Assembly: GCA_958009085.1 (NCBI GenBank)
Contig: OY253681.1
Coordinates: 434,001 to 498,000 of the forward strand
Source: Protoeuglena noctilucae
Taxonomy: Eukaryota
Reading direction: 5' to 3'
Length of the DNA: 64,000 bases
Positions 51,897 through 63,581 of the stretch are shown here, one piece after another. The notes below the pieces were generated by a model, which made no database searches, was not told the DNA's origin, and was given only the letters and a program-made list of their open reading frames with translations. Position 1 is the first letter of the stretch; every line of letters starts with the position of its first letter. The position numbers and the translations under genes are program-made.

Positions 51897-52956
51897 TGGG
51901 GCGGAGCGGGACCTCAATGTGACGCTTTTTGCAACTGCCCTTCCAGAGCATGGGCTCTCCCGAATCCCGCGTCCCTCACCTCCGCCTGGGCAGCTATCGG
52001 AGCGTGTGCCGCTGGAGCATGTTCTACGGCCGCCTCGCGCCTGGCAGGCGGCACGTCCCGCGCGCCTCCGGGGCTTCCGTCCATAGCCCGAAGGACCAGA
52101 TACTATCGGCCCGTCCTGCGGCAAAGCCGGACCGGTACACGCGCATGTGGCCTCGGAGACATAATGCGAGGGGCGCGAGGGCGGGCTGCGCGGCAAGGCG
52201 GCCTCCCGTCACAGGAACACGCACGGGGTCCTCCCTGCCTCCGTCCGTGCGCCCCCTCACCAGCAGAGGCTGCTGCCGCTCGGCAGATCGTCCTCAGCGC
52301 CACGGAGCTGCCGGAAACGCCGGCCTTTTCGCCTGCGGGGGCCGGGGGAGGGAAGTAGTTATTCGGGAGCGTGGAGCGAGGAAGGGCAAAAAGTACCGTT
52401 ACTTCCACGCGTTTGAAAGGTCTCTGCGAGCGAACCGTGAGACTGCACGGCCCGGGACGCCCCGACAGACCGGGTCTGCTGGGTTGGAAGCCTCCCCGAC
52501 GGCCCCCGGCTCATTTGGGCCGCCCCAACCATCCCATTTAGCAGCCGTCGCTACGACGCAGCCATGACAATCATCGATGGGGCCACGGGCAGCGCAGGGG
52601 CGGCCAGCGCGTTCCCTCCGCGGTCGGGACCTCGGGGCGCGCCACGGGAGCGCTCGGGCACCACCAGCGGTCGTTTTCCGGAGTAAGAAGCAAGAGGCAA
52701 GAGGCCACGCGTGCCGGGGAGCCCGGATCGCCGAGATAGTTTGCGAGACATTTTCGGGGCGGCTCACCTCGTGCTGCTTCAGTGTCTTCTCGTTACCAGG
52801 ATTCCGGCCTGACCGCCTTTTTGCCACCGGCCGCTCACGGGGCCGGCCGTTCAAGCCCTCGTGTCTGGCGCGTCTGACCCGCCCGACTGAGGACCCCGCG
52901 GGCCCTCACAGCTCCGTTGCTGTCCTGGCATCGCCGGCTGGCCATGCGGAGGCGGG

Positions 52957-55194
52957 ATGGCGAGGGCGTGGACGGGCCCGCCCACGGAGCTGGCGGCAAT
53001 CGCGGCCCTGGGGGCCCTGCTCCGGAATGCTGGCGTCTTGCAGCGATCGGATGCGGACGTCACCGTGCGGGTGGCACAGCTGGTGGCCCTGCCGGCGCTG
53101 GCCTTCGAGGTGGGAGCGGCAGCGAACCGGCCACGCCGAGCCAACCGGCGGTGCAGGCCAGCGCTCTTTGAACCCGCAACCCCGTCATTGCCGCCCCTCT
53201 CTCGCAGACGGTGGTCCGCGCAGGCCTCCCCAGGCCCCTCCTGGCTGCCCTGCCGCTATCTGGCATGGTAGTTGCCGCGGCACCCGTGGGAGTCGCACTG
53301 GCCCTGAGCACCAAGGCGGCCCGGCGGGACCGCGCCGCGGCGCTGGGCTCGGCGACGGGCGCGTCCGTATTGGTCGCGGCCGCGGCGGCCCACACTTGCC
53401 TGGGCCCCGCGGGCGCTGCGGCCGTCCTCCTGGCGGGGGCGCCCGTGGCGCTCGCTGCCACTGCGGGAGCGTACACGGCCATGTCGACCGCCGGAGCCGC
53501 GTTCCCTGCGTCGGTGCGTGTTCTGTGCCCTCGATGGCCCGCTCCTCGACCCCGACGCCCGTCCCTGTGTGCCCATGCACAGCCGCCCTTTCCGGACGCT
53601 TGCAGTATGAGCATGCGGACGGGGGTGTGTACGCGGGAGAGTGGCGGGGGGTGGACAAGGCCGGCCGCGGTGTGTACCGGTACAAGAGCGGGGCGAGGTA
53701 CGAGGGCGAGTGGCGGGACAACCTGAAGAATGGCCGGGGGGTGTACTACTACCCCAAAGGGGGCGCGTATGAGGGGGAGTGGGTGGCGGGGAGGCCGCAC
53801 GGACTGGGAGTCCGCACGTTCAGGTGGGAAGCGGCAGAGGCCACGGGCTGGCTGGGATGCTGGCAGCCATGGGCGTGCCAGCAAGAGGCCTGCCTCGGCC
53901 CCTCCGCAGTGATGGTCGCGTAAAGGCTGGGAGGTGGAGCAACGGACAGCTGGACGAACCACTGGAGCTCTGGTGAGGGGACGTCACCTTCTCTTCACAG
54001 CCAACTCCCATCGACATGCTAACCATCTCAAGGCGCAACGTTGCACTGGCGCCCGCAGGCAGTGTGCACAGGCGGCCCAGGGGGCGTCCGAGGCGGCCGC
54101 GGCAGCGCGAGCCGTCCGGGGCGGCGGCTTCCGCGCACAAGAGGCGGCCGCAGCGTCGCTCAGCGCCCCTGCAGCGTGGGCGGCACTCGCGGCAGCCGCT
54201 CTCTGCGCCACGGGCGTCTCTGCGTCCGTTCCCGCGCCGGTCCTGGACCTGGCATCGTGGCTTGGGCGCTCCGCTGCTCCCATGGCGTTCCTGTCGCTCG
54301 GGGTGGCGTGGCGCCCGCAGTGGAACCCGAGGCTGGCGGCGCAGGCGGCGGCACCTCTGGCGGCCCGTTTCGCGTGCGGTGGGTTCGTGGCGTCTGCCGC
54401 GGTGGTGGCGGTCGCGCGCGGGGTCGCGGGTGACGCGTGGGCGGCGCTGGCGGCCGTGGCAGTAGGGGCGCTGGCGCTCGCGCCGGCAGAGTTTGGGGGG
54501 TGAGACGACGCAGCCCACGGCTTGTTCCAGACACCTGGCGTTCACTTCCATGCTGTAACCAGACACCCGGCAACGCTGGCCTGTGTGGTCTCGCTTGTTG
54601 CAGGGAGCGGTACGCGGAGCGCTTCCGTCTGAACGTCGGGGTCGTCGACTGCGCGACAACTCTGTCCCAGGCAGTGGGTGGGGTGGCCACCGTGCTGTTC
54701 TGCGCACTGTCGCAAAAAGTCTTGGCGTTGCGGTTCAGGCCCGGCACAGGCGGCGCGGGTGAGTCGCTGGCTCCTCAGCCGGTTGCACTTGTGTGTGCGG
54801 ATATGCGCCCGTGCCGATGCGAAAGTCGAGCCCTCTGTGGACCGCAGACGCGGCAGCGGCGCTGGTGTTTAGCTGGAGCGCAGCGGGAGTAGCACTGGCG
54901 GCAGCCGCGGTTTGCGTGGTTGGGGCCGTGTGGCTGCAGGGGCAGTGGGGCACGGAATCCCGCATGCGCATGGTGTACCAGGCGGGTGGGCGCGAGGGCA
55001 GGCGGGATGACCCAGGGGCAGGCTCAGGGCCATCACGGGGTGCAAGTGCCAGGCTGCAGTCCTTGCCAACCAAACCTGCGGGGGGGCTTGCTGGGCAGAA
55101 GACGTTGGTAATTGACAGGCATAGGCGGGTCCCAGCAACTCGCATGCCAAAATTGCTCTGTCGGCCGCTCGTGCGTTTAACGGCGCTCATTTGA
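52957..55194 (+). CDS. Multi-pass membrane protein (AEC/PIN-like transporter-like halves) with an internal MORN-repeat block
   Basis: The N-half is hydrophobic (LAAIAALGALLRNAGVL..VALPALAFE). The MORN repeats are YAGEWRGVDKAGRGVYRY, YEGEWRDNLKNGRGVYYY and YEGEWVAGRPHGLGVRTF. The C-half is hydrophobic (PAAWAALAAAAL..LGRSAAPMAFLSLGV..YAERFRLN). Confidence 0.65.
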
Positions 55195-55252
55195 AGTGCC
55201 ACTGCCCGATCCTACGCAGCGACAGGGAGCGCATGGTAGCCCTGCCCACCCC

Positions 55253-56406
55253 TCAGCCGCTCTGCTGTGGTTCGGCCTTAGGCGAGCCGGCCGCGCACAG
55301 GGTCTCGATCAGACGCACGGGGATCGGGAACTCCCCGACGAGGTCGTAGTACTCGCCAGGCTTGCGCCCCGCCATGGCCAGGAGCTCGAGGGTCGCGACT
55401 GGGACGTCGAAGGCGTCGAACGAGAGCCCCTCCCAGCTCTCCCTGCGACTTGCAGACGGGTGCTGCCCTTTGCACGGATCCAGGCAGATGCTCCAGGTTC
55501 TGGTTCTAACCACAGCTCTCACACACCTAGGAATGCCCAGCGCCGGCCCCTTCCTGCCTCGACCGCGCCACCCCGTGCCCCCCCTGCCCCCTCTGCCGCC
55601 CCGAAAAGGGACCCGGGAAACCTTGGCAACCGTGACGTGGGGCACGAACTCCTTTGTATCCATCCTCTCTCCCCACGCGGCCTTGGCCATCACGCCTCTT
55701 ACGGCACCCGCAAGGGTCCTCAGGAGGTCCAGCTGGGGCCCCTCCCGCACTCCGACGTACACGACGGCACCGTTCTCGCCAAAGCTGCCGAGGGTGGACA
55801 GCGGCACCGTGAGGGAAGTCGGGTGTCCGAAGCCGTCGCGAGTTCCTGCGTCCGGGGGCGGGTGCCCTGCGGCCCCTGCCGCGAGCCTGGTGCCCAGCTG
55901 CCCAAGGAGCGTAGCACAGTCGGCGACCTCCGACTCCCCCAGAGCCAGGACGCAGAGGGTGATGTGGGCAGTGCACGGTTCGACGAAGAAGTGCTCCATC
56001 CGGGGGTCGAACGAGCTGTGGAAAGGTCAGGAAGCACGATAGAGGAGGAGCACGGCGGGGAGGAGCACGATAGGGTCAGTCCCTTGCTGCGAGTGAAAGA
56101 CTTACCGCATGTTCTCCTGCAGGCGCTCGATTGCGGACACCACCCGCGCATCATGGGAGAGGCGCAACGAGACGAAGTGAGTGTACCTGGGAGGCGGTGG
56201 CGTTGGCGGTGGGTGCTCCTGCTGTGGGTGCCCCTGCAGGCAGCAAGGGACGCGGCGATTGCTATCGTCCAGCTCAGGCCCTCTCGCAGCATCGCACGTT
56301 TACCACGCACCATGGCAGCTCCCAGTCGCGTGCTCAGTCTGTGGGACCGGGTGGTCGGCCTGGGTGCCTTGACAAGGAGCGCAAGCAGTCGTCGCGCGAA
56401 GAGCAT
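55253..56406 (-). CDS. 2H phosphoesterase, AKAP7/ASCC1-like (2',5'-phosphodiesterase/RNA-ligase-like fold)
   Basis: It has RYTHFVSLRL, two HxT motifs (AHITL, FVPHVTVAK) and C-terminal LELLAM..GEYY. A putative targeting peptide MLFARRLLALL... is joined via the donor ATG|GTGCGT. Confidence 0.8.
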
Positions 56407-56618
56407 GAACGTTTGCACACCTTCGTAGCCAGACATGCAGCAATGCATTCTCGCACTCCATCTGCGACTATAAATGCAAATTCAGCGTGAATCAGCACTC
56501 ACTTGCCCTACCTGTGTGTTTTACCCTTGTGCACAATCACTGGCTCACTTCTTGCCAAAGCAGCGACTGCGACAGATAACGTAAAGTGACGTGGGGGACG
56601 TCGCGGGGGTCGGGGGCC

Positions 56619-58927
56619 ATGCGCCCCCGGATGGAGCACGCAGGGTCCGTTGCGGCCATTCGGGCGCGTGGAGTGCTGGGCCTGACCGTGCTGGTGGGTG
56701 GTATCCTGTCTGCGATTGTCATCGGATATGCCATCAGCAGACAGGATCGTCCGAGCGCCTTCCGGCTGATCGGCTGGCTCGACCGAGCAGAGGGCCTGGT
56801 GGCAGGCCTCGAGGTGCGGCGCCTGCGAAGGCTTGAGCCGCGACGGGGCGAGCGGAATGGAATCAATCTCAGTGTCGCGCATGTGGCAGGATCCTGGCGC
56901 TGGCAGTCGCTGGGATTCACCAGACAACTCGCTGCTTTCCGTGCAGGTGGGGCTCGTGACCTGCGAGGCGCGGATCGTCGCCGATGGAGAGCAGGATGGG
57001 GTCATCTGGGACGCCATCGTCCGTGCCATCGTGTCCGACGAGAGCCACGCCGAGCCAGCCGCATCCGGGGACGCACATACATCTGCACACGTGGCATCCC
57101 GCCTAGTGCTGGCGATGCCGGGGCACAAGGAGGACAGGCGGTCCGTGCGTGGATGGTGCGATGAGAACAGGTGTCCGTCGGCTGCTGTCGCGCCGGGCTC
57201 GCGCGAGGCCGTCGTCCCAATTGCGGTCACGCTGCGATTTGCCAGCGACGGCCCCTGCCTCCACGCTGCGGAGCTCACCCAATCGGGCGCCTACCTGTCC
57301 GCGAGCTCCTCGGCGAAGTGCGCCGAAGCGGTGGGCCTTGCAGCGGCAGCGTCGGCGCGGGCGCTGTGCTCAGCACAGATGGTGCATTGGGCCTCACCAA
57401 AGGGGGCTTACTCGACTGTGAGGCAGGAGCGCCTCGGCATCGTGCTGACGATCGTTCTCCCGAGCGCCGGGCAGGTGGACGACCCCGAATGTGCCTCAGA
57501 CTTGGCCCAGGCCATGGCGACCGACTTTGTGCCGGAGCTGGGGCAGGGCCTGCAGATATCCGAGGGTCTGCAGGGAGCGGACCTGCAGGGTCGCGTGACG
57601 GCGATGCCGGCGTGGGCGGGGGGACTCGGTGCGTCGCACGCGCGTAGGGGCTGTCTGTGCAGCACTGTCCGGCCTGTGCACGCTTTCCATCTGCCAGTGA
57701 CACCTGCAGACCAGGCCCTCCCCGCCGTCCATGTGCGCAGCTGCACGCGAAGATGGGACTCGGGTCTACGACCCCGCGTCCCTGTACCAGGCGCTGGTTG
57801 CCGTGGGCGCCGTGTCCACTGGATCCGTGTCGCCTACGCTGCCTGGGGTGAGGTGGACGCGAATGACCCCTGGCAAACTGGGCCTGCCCAGCTGCCGACC
57901 ACTGCTCGTGTCACGCTCGCATGCGGCACCTGCGCCGCCCTGCTTGACATCGCATGTGTCCACCCCAAGTGCCCTAAGCTCTCTTGAACCCCACGCGTCG
58001 CAGTATACGCGGCTGGAGCATCACGTCGTGGTGGTCGCGCCGTGCAGCATGGGCGGCGCAGGGTCCGATGTCGCCGTGGCGCTCCCTGGTTCGGACGCGA
58101 TCAAGTCCTTCTGGACGCCCCAGGGTGACGCTGTGACGGTGGTGACCGCGAGCGAGCTGGCCGCCGGACTGAGAGGCACGGATGCGTGGCGGGTGCTGAA
58201 GTGAGGGTGCACGAGCGACAAGGACGGTTCTGATGCACTGACCAGGCCATTGGGCGTCACTGACACCAAGGGCTGCCATCGCGCTTCTTGGGTCATGTGA
58301 TACATGGCATTGTGACCACCACTTGAGCTGAAGTTCCTCTTGTTTCACCTGCAGGCAATCCGTGCGGCGCCACTGGGGTCTCCCCGAGTCGTACAGCGCG
58401 CTGGCCACGCTGTGTGGGCTGCTCCCGTCGGACTCGCCGTGCCATTGGCCAGGAGGTCGCGCCGGCGACGCGTCGGATGCCGTCGTGCTGCCTTTCGAGC
58501 AGGCTCCGATGACGGAAGCCGCCAGGGCACGAATGGTTGCCTTGGGTGCCCAGGCGGTGTATCGCCTTGCGTTGCTCATCGGTGCCAGTGAGGCGGTGGA
58601 AATGCCGACCGCGCTGGGCAAGGATGTCGAAGATGCTCTGTCCGTCATCGAGCGTTCCACGGCGAGCACGGCGCAGATGAGCGAGGCAGTGCAGGTGACG
58701 GCGTGACGTCCATGCTTATGTGCAAGGCCCACATGCACTGGCTGATGGGCCTGTCCCGCGTTTCCCTGCAGGTGCTGGCGACGCTGGCGGTCGACGACCG
58801 TGTCCGCATCCACTCGAGGTGGAGCCTGAGCAGCATCCTGCAGCTGTACATGCTGGGTCTATGGCCACTCGTCGTCGCTGGCGTGCGGCCCCTGTCGTCC
58901 CTCCTCTCCTTGGCCAGCGCTGCCTGA
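56619..58927 (+). CDS. Divergent GPI transamidase subunit PIG-S-like protein
   Basis: Topology is an N-terminal TM, a large luminal region and a C-terminal TM. PIG-S-like segments are HVVVVAP, SFWTPQGDAVTVV, QSVRRHWGLP and LYMLGLWPLVV. Confidence 0.45.
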
Positions 58928-59029
58928 CCCATGCGCAGCGTACAAATCACATCTAGTGCAAGTACCACGGTGCAAGTACCACCATTTCAAATCTCGTAAG
59001 GACCTGCTACCCCGTTACCGCCGCGTGGG

Positions 59030-61539
59030 CTACCCCGGCCCCCACCGCCCCAGGGCCGCCTCCTCCACGGCCGTCTCCGCCTCCCGCCGCATCCACTGCT
59101 GCATACGTCCCGACTCCTCCTCGACTAGCTCCTCCAGCGCCTCGTCCGCAAGCTCCTCCACGGCCGCCGTAAACTCCGCAGGGTCCCACCGCTCGTCAGG
59201 ATCCGACAGATCCCACGAAGCGTCCCGAGGGCCGAGCATCGCGTGGTCCCGGCGACGGCGGTAGCGCAGGAAGGACAGGCGGAGGTCTACCGCGCGCTTG
59301 GCCACGGCCCGCATGCCCGCGTCGTCCACCCGCCGCCAACGCATGCTCCGCACTTCGTCCAGCAGCGTCCCGCGGGCTCCGGCGCCCCCCTGACGGCGGT
59401 CACGCTGCCCTCGCACGCCTCGCAAGCCCACCTCGCCCCGCTCGACACCCCTCACGCCAGCCGCCGCATCGCTCTCTCCCTCGCTGTCCCCGCCACCCCT
59501 CCCAGGACCCCCCAAGTGACCTGCACCCGCCCCCGCCACCCACCCCCCGTCATCTCCACGCGCAGTGCCTGCTGTTCGTCCCGGGCCCCCTAACATCCCT
59601 TGCGCCCCTCGTTGCCGCGTGCTGTCATGACGACTGTCGTCACTCTCCCCATACGTCCTCGCACCCACCAGCCCCATGCCCTGCGAGGCAGCCCCACCGC
59701 GGAGTGCCCACCGCCGGCGGATGTCCTCTCGGAGGGCCTCTGCCTCCGCCAGTCGCTGCGACGCCTGGGCTAAGTCCACCGCAGGTCGAGCTGCAGGCCG
59801 GCCCCAGACATCCCCAGCTCCCCGCACCCCCGTTGAGAGCGGGCGAGTCTGACGAGACACCGCCACGCTGCTGGCTCCCTGGGCATCGCGCCAGGCCAGG
59901 GCCGGGGCAGCCCACCGGGCCCCTGGCTGTGCAGGGCCCGGGGTCGTCGCCGCAGTGCCCGTCGCTGGTGAGGTTGTGACCTGGGCTGCCTCTGAGCGCG
60001 GCGAGGGCGGCGTCGGCTCTGTTCCTTTCGTAGGTCCCGCATTCACGCGCGAAGCGACCTCGTGGAGCTTGGCGACGGCGTCTGAGGAGGGAACAGCGGC
60101 GACGCATTGTCACATGTGAAAGCCACTGTTGATACGCGGAATCATATCGCGGCGAACCCCACGCCATGCGCATTGTCTCACCGGCGACTTGTTTCTCCAG
60201 CTGGGTCAGCGGGCCGAGTTTCCGGGACAGCAGCTCCTCCAGAGCCGCGCTGATGTTGGCGGCAGACATGGGCGAGGTGTCTGCCGGCACGCCTCCCGCT
60301 GCAAACGTGGCGGGGCGCTCCGACTCCCCGACGCCATCTGCAAGCACAAAACGATGGCTCAAGATGAGAAGCAGTGCACCGCAGTCGCGCTCTGGGCTGG
60401 GCCACCGGCAATGCACCAGCAAACCGCACCTGATGGCTTGGAGGGCCCCTGCTGCGAGTCAGGCCCCGACGTCTCGCCGGCAGAGGGCAGCTCCTGATCT
60501 GCACGGCGACGAGGCTCGGCCGCGGGATGCCAGGCCTCCTGCACTCTCACAGCCCTCAGCACGCCACCATCCCTCGCCACCGCCCCGCGCTCCGCTGGCA
60601 CCCGCCGGACCGGGCCCTTCTGCGTCTGGGCCTTCGGCGCCACCGAGCGCGCGTTCCGAGCACGCCCGCTCGACACGAGGCGTGGGGGCACAGGGTCACT
60701 CAGCCGAGGGGCCTTGGGGCGGGCCACGGGGACATGGAATCGGTCGTCCCACGCAGGCTTGCCTCCGGGCCCCGCCGACGCCGGGCGGCTGTTCTCCGCA
60801 CCGACGTGTTCAGGGGGTCGACGGGCGTCCTCAACGCGCCGGTCGGGCTGCGCTTGCCGCCGCGCGGCGACACGCGCCAACTCCGCTCGTTTGGGTGTCG
60901 CGGCAGGCCTCAGCGGGGCAGTCTGCATGCGATGGAAAGTGGGCGGCACAATAACATCAAAGCACTGGTTTATCGCCTCATCGGCCCCTTCCCGCGGCCA
61001 CACAAACCTCCAGGTTGTCCAAACAAAGGGCCGCAGCCTCCTCGTCCAATGCCTTCGCGTCGAGATCCCGCAGGGCCACCTCGACAATGTCTTTCGCTTG
61101 GAGAACCGTATCTGTCGACGCTTCCTTCCTCAGCGCCGCGAGGGCGGCTTTCACGACAGCCTGCGACACGACATATGGAGGGAAAGCGCCGGCGCGTCCC
61201 TGGAGCGGACAAAACGAGACCAGGACGCACAGCAGCTTAGATGGGCTACTAAACATCCAGCTGGGAATGTAGAGTCGGCACCTGGATGTCTGTGGGACTC
61301 GCATCGAGCTTCGGCACACGTGTTCGGTTTGCTGGCCTGCTCGTCGCCGGGCGAGCCGCGGGGCCCTGGACCTCCACGTCCGGCGACTCTACAGCGGGTT
61401 TGACATCCATTGGCACCCACTGGCTTCGGGCCACCCGGTCGCCCAGCACTGCCTGGACATATTTGCGCAGCGAGTCCTCCTGCGTGGCGCTCTGCCGCTC
61501 CCCTGCGCGACCCCGCACCACATTCGGCGACATGGGCAT
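59030..61539 (-). CDS. Low-complexity protein with a moonraker/KIAA0753-like C-terminal helical motif
   Basis: Spliced ORF segments lead to the C-terminus SFLRYRRRRDHAMLG..WDPAEFTAAVEELADEALEELVEEE..EAETAVEE. Exon structure and start are approximate. Confidence 0.45.
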
Positions 61540-61736
61540 GACTGGAGCAACGCTACCCACGCTTCATGGCCGATGGAGGATAAAACTCCCTACAAGTGCT
61601 AATCTGCGATGGCGGCCAGGAACAATGCAAGAGCCCACACCACGATTAATTGCTGTCATTGAGGAGGCGTGTTAGCTGGCAGGACCCGCGCCTGCTGCTC
61701 CCAAATGACGCCAGCGCACTGCCAGCGGCGCACTGG

Positions 61737-63293
61737 CTAGGGCTTCCCCTGACTTGCAGCGCCCCTGTCCCGCTCCTGGTTCCGCGCCTCGAGCTCCAGA
61801 ACATGAGCGAGGAATCGCGGCGACAGCATGTGCTTCGCTTGCAGTCCACTGGGTGCAGGAGGCCGCAGGGTCTTGGTTCCAAACGCACACAGGGGCGCTG
61901 GCTGCACCACACTGAGCAAGAGCGCCGTCACCTGTCGACGGCAGCGTTGACGACAGCTTTGATCGAAGCAGGGCTAATCGTCACGCCGCACTTGGCCAAC
62001 GCCCGCGCCGCCACAGAGCACCGAGCCACCATCTCCCTCTCCTCCTGCATTGCCACAGACGGGACGACCTAGCGTCAATAGTACCTCAGCAACCCATTTG
62101 TCACTATCCAGCACGCCCACGCGAACGAGCCTCGCCTTCGTTGCCGGCGTCTCATCCCCCGCCGCACGCTTGGGCCCGAACCACAGCACCCCATTCACGC
62201 CCAGCACCGTGTCCACTCCCAGCCCGGGAATCTCCGTCACGTGCTCCGTCAATCGCTTGACTAGTGTGTGTGGCACGGATATGGACTGGCCCTCCCTGCG
62301 CAGCATGAAGGAAAGCAGCTCTGGGTGAGATCCGTCACCGTGCACAGCGAAGCTTTCCCTGCCAGCTGATACCCCCTCCCTCCGTTACTGACTCGCCTAA
62401 GCTTCCCAAACTTCTTCCGGACCTGCAAGTTGATGCCCCCGTGCCCCTTCTGCATGTGCACCTCTGCTGAGAGCAAGTCGCCCTCCTGGAACGTGGCCCG
62501 CATGATCAGCTCGTCCGCGGCCGTTTGTCGCCGTTGATCGCCCTTGCCCACTGCGGTCACCAACGCATGTCCACTCGCGCATGCCGGCCCTGTCGACACG
62601 AGAGCACGCAGATGCATGGCCCAGCCCCTCTCATGTCACCTGACGCCAGCATGAGAACCGCCTCCTGAACGCCGTCGATGTCCACAATCCACCGCCCACC
62701 CTGGATCTCTGTGACTCGGCCGACGACCACCTCACCCCCATCTGCCTTGAAGCGACCACGCACTGCGTTGCGGCAACGGCGGCCATTCATGTCACATGCG
62801 GCGCACCTGGCTGAAGCCTAGCGAGTGCATCGGAGGCAGCGCCGTCCATGCACACGTACCAGCGCGCACGCGCACGTAGGCGTTTGCTCTTTCCACCGTT
62901 CCGCACAGAGACGCCATAAGCTTGTCGCCCTGCTGCCTCGTCCCGTGCCCCCTGCGTGCATGATGGGCGGCTGAGCATAGCTTCTGCAGACAGGGTCAGA
63001 AACATGTCAGGAAAACGGCGCGAAGGACGCTCAGCGCTCACATGATGAGCCCCGAGCGCCCAGACGTGTCGAGCTGGTCCCCTGGCACCGCGATGATGTT
63101 CCCCGCCGTCTCCGCAGATGGGAACGCGCTCTCATCGAACCCATCTCCTGCGCGCAGACGCGAACACGCCACCGCGTTGCTCGCAGGGCCCAGGCTCGCC
63201 CCCAGCACGTCCCCAGGAAGGACTCTGCCCTCCGCATTCGCTCGACGGGCTCGCACCTAGGGGAGACGGGTCGATGGGCCCAACATCTATCAT
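61737..63293 (-). CDS. RRP4: Exosome complex cap subunit RRP4 (EXOSC2)
   Basis: Motifs: AVPGD..IM/GHGT..LMASLCGTVERAN, GEVVVGRVTEI..RWIVDI, QRRQTAADELIMRATFQEGDLLSAEV, KFGKL/REGQSISVPHTLVKR, VLGVNGVLW. About 8 exons. Confidence 0.9.
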
Positions 63294-63581
63294 GAGCAGT
63301 ACCGCCTCGCCGCGCCCACAGCCCCTGCCGTTTTTGTGCCCGCTGGAGTTAAGACGCCGCGATGGGATTCTGCAATGCCGTCTGTAGGCCGTCTGAAAGC
63401 ATACCATGCAGCAACCGATGGCGCACAATGTGTCTGGCCACACCAGAGGCCGGCACGGTACTTCTGTCCAAACCCTTCCTGACGTTTCATTGGCCTCTTG
63501 TTCTGGGGCGCCGCGAGCCAAAACTCACACGCTGTTGCTTCAAGACGTGCATAACACGCGTACAGGGAGACGGTGCAGCCC

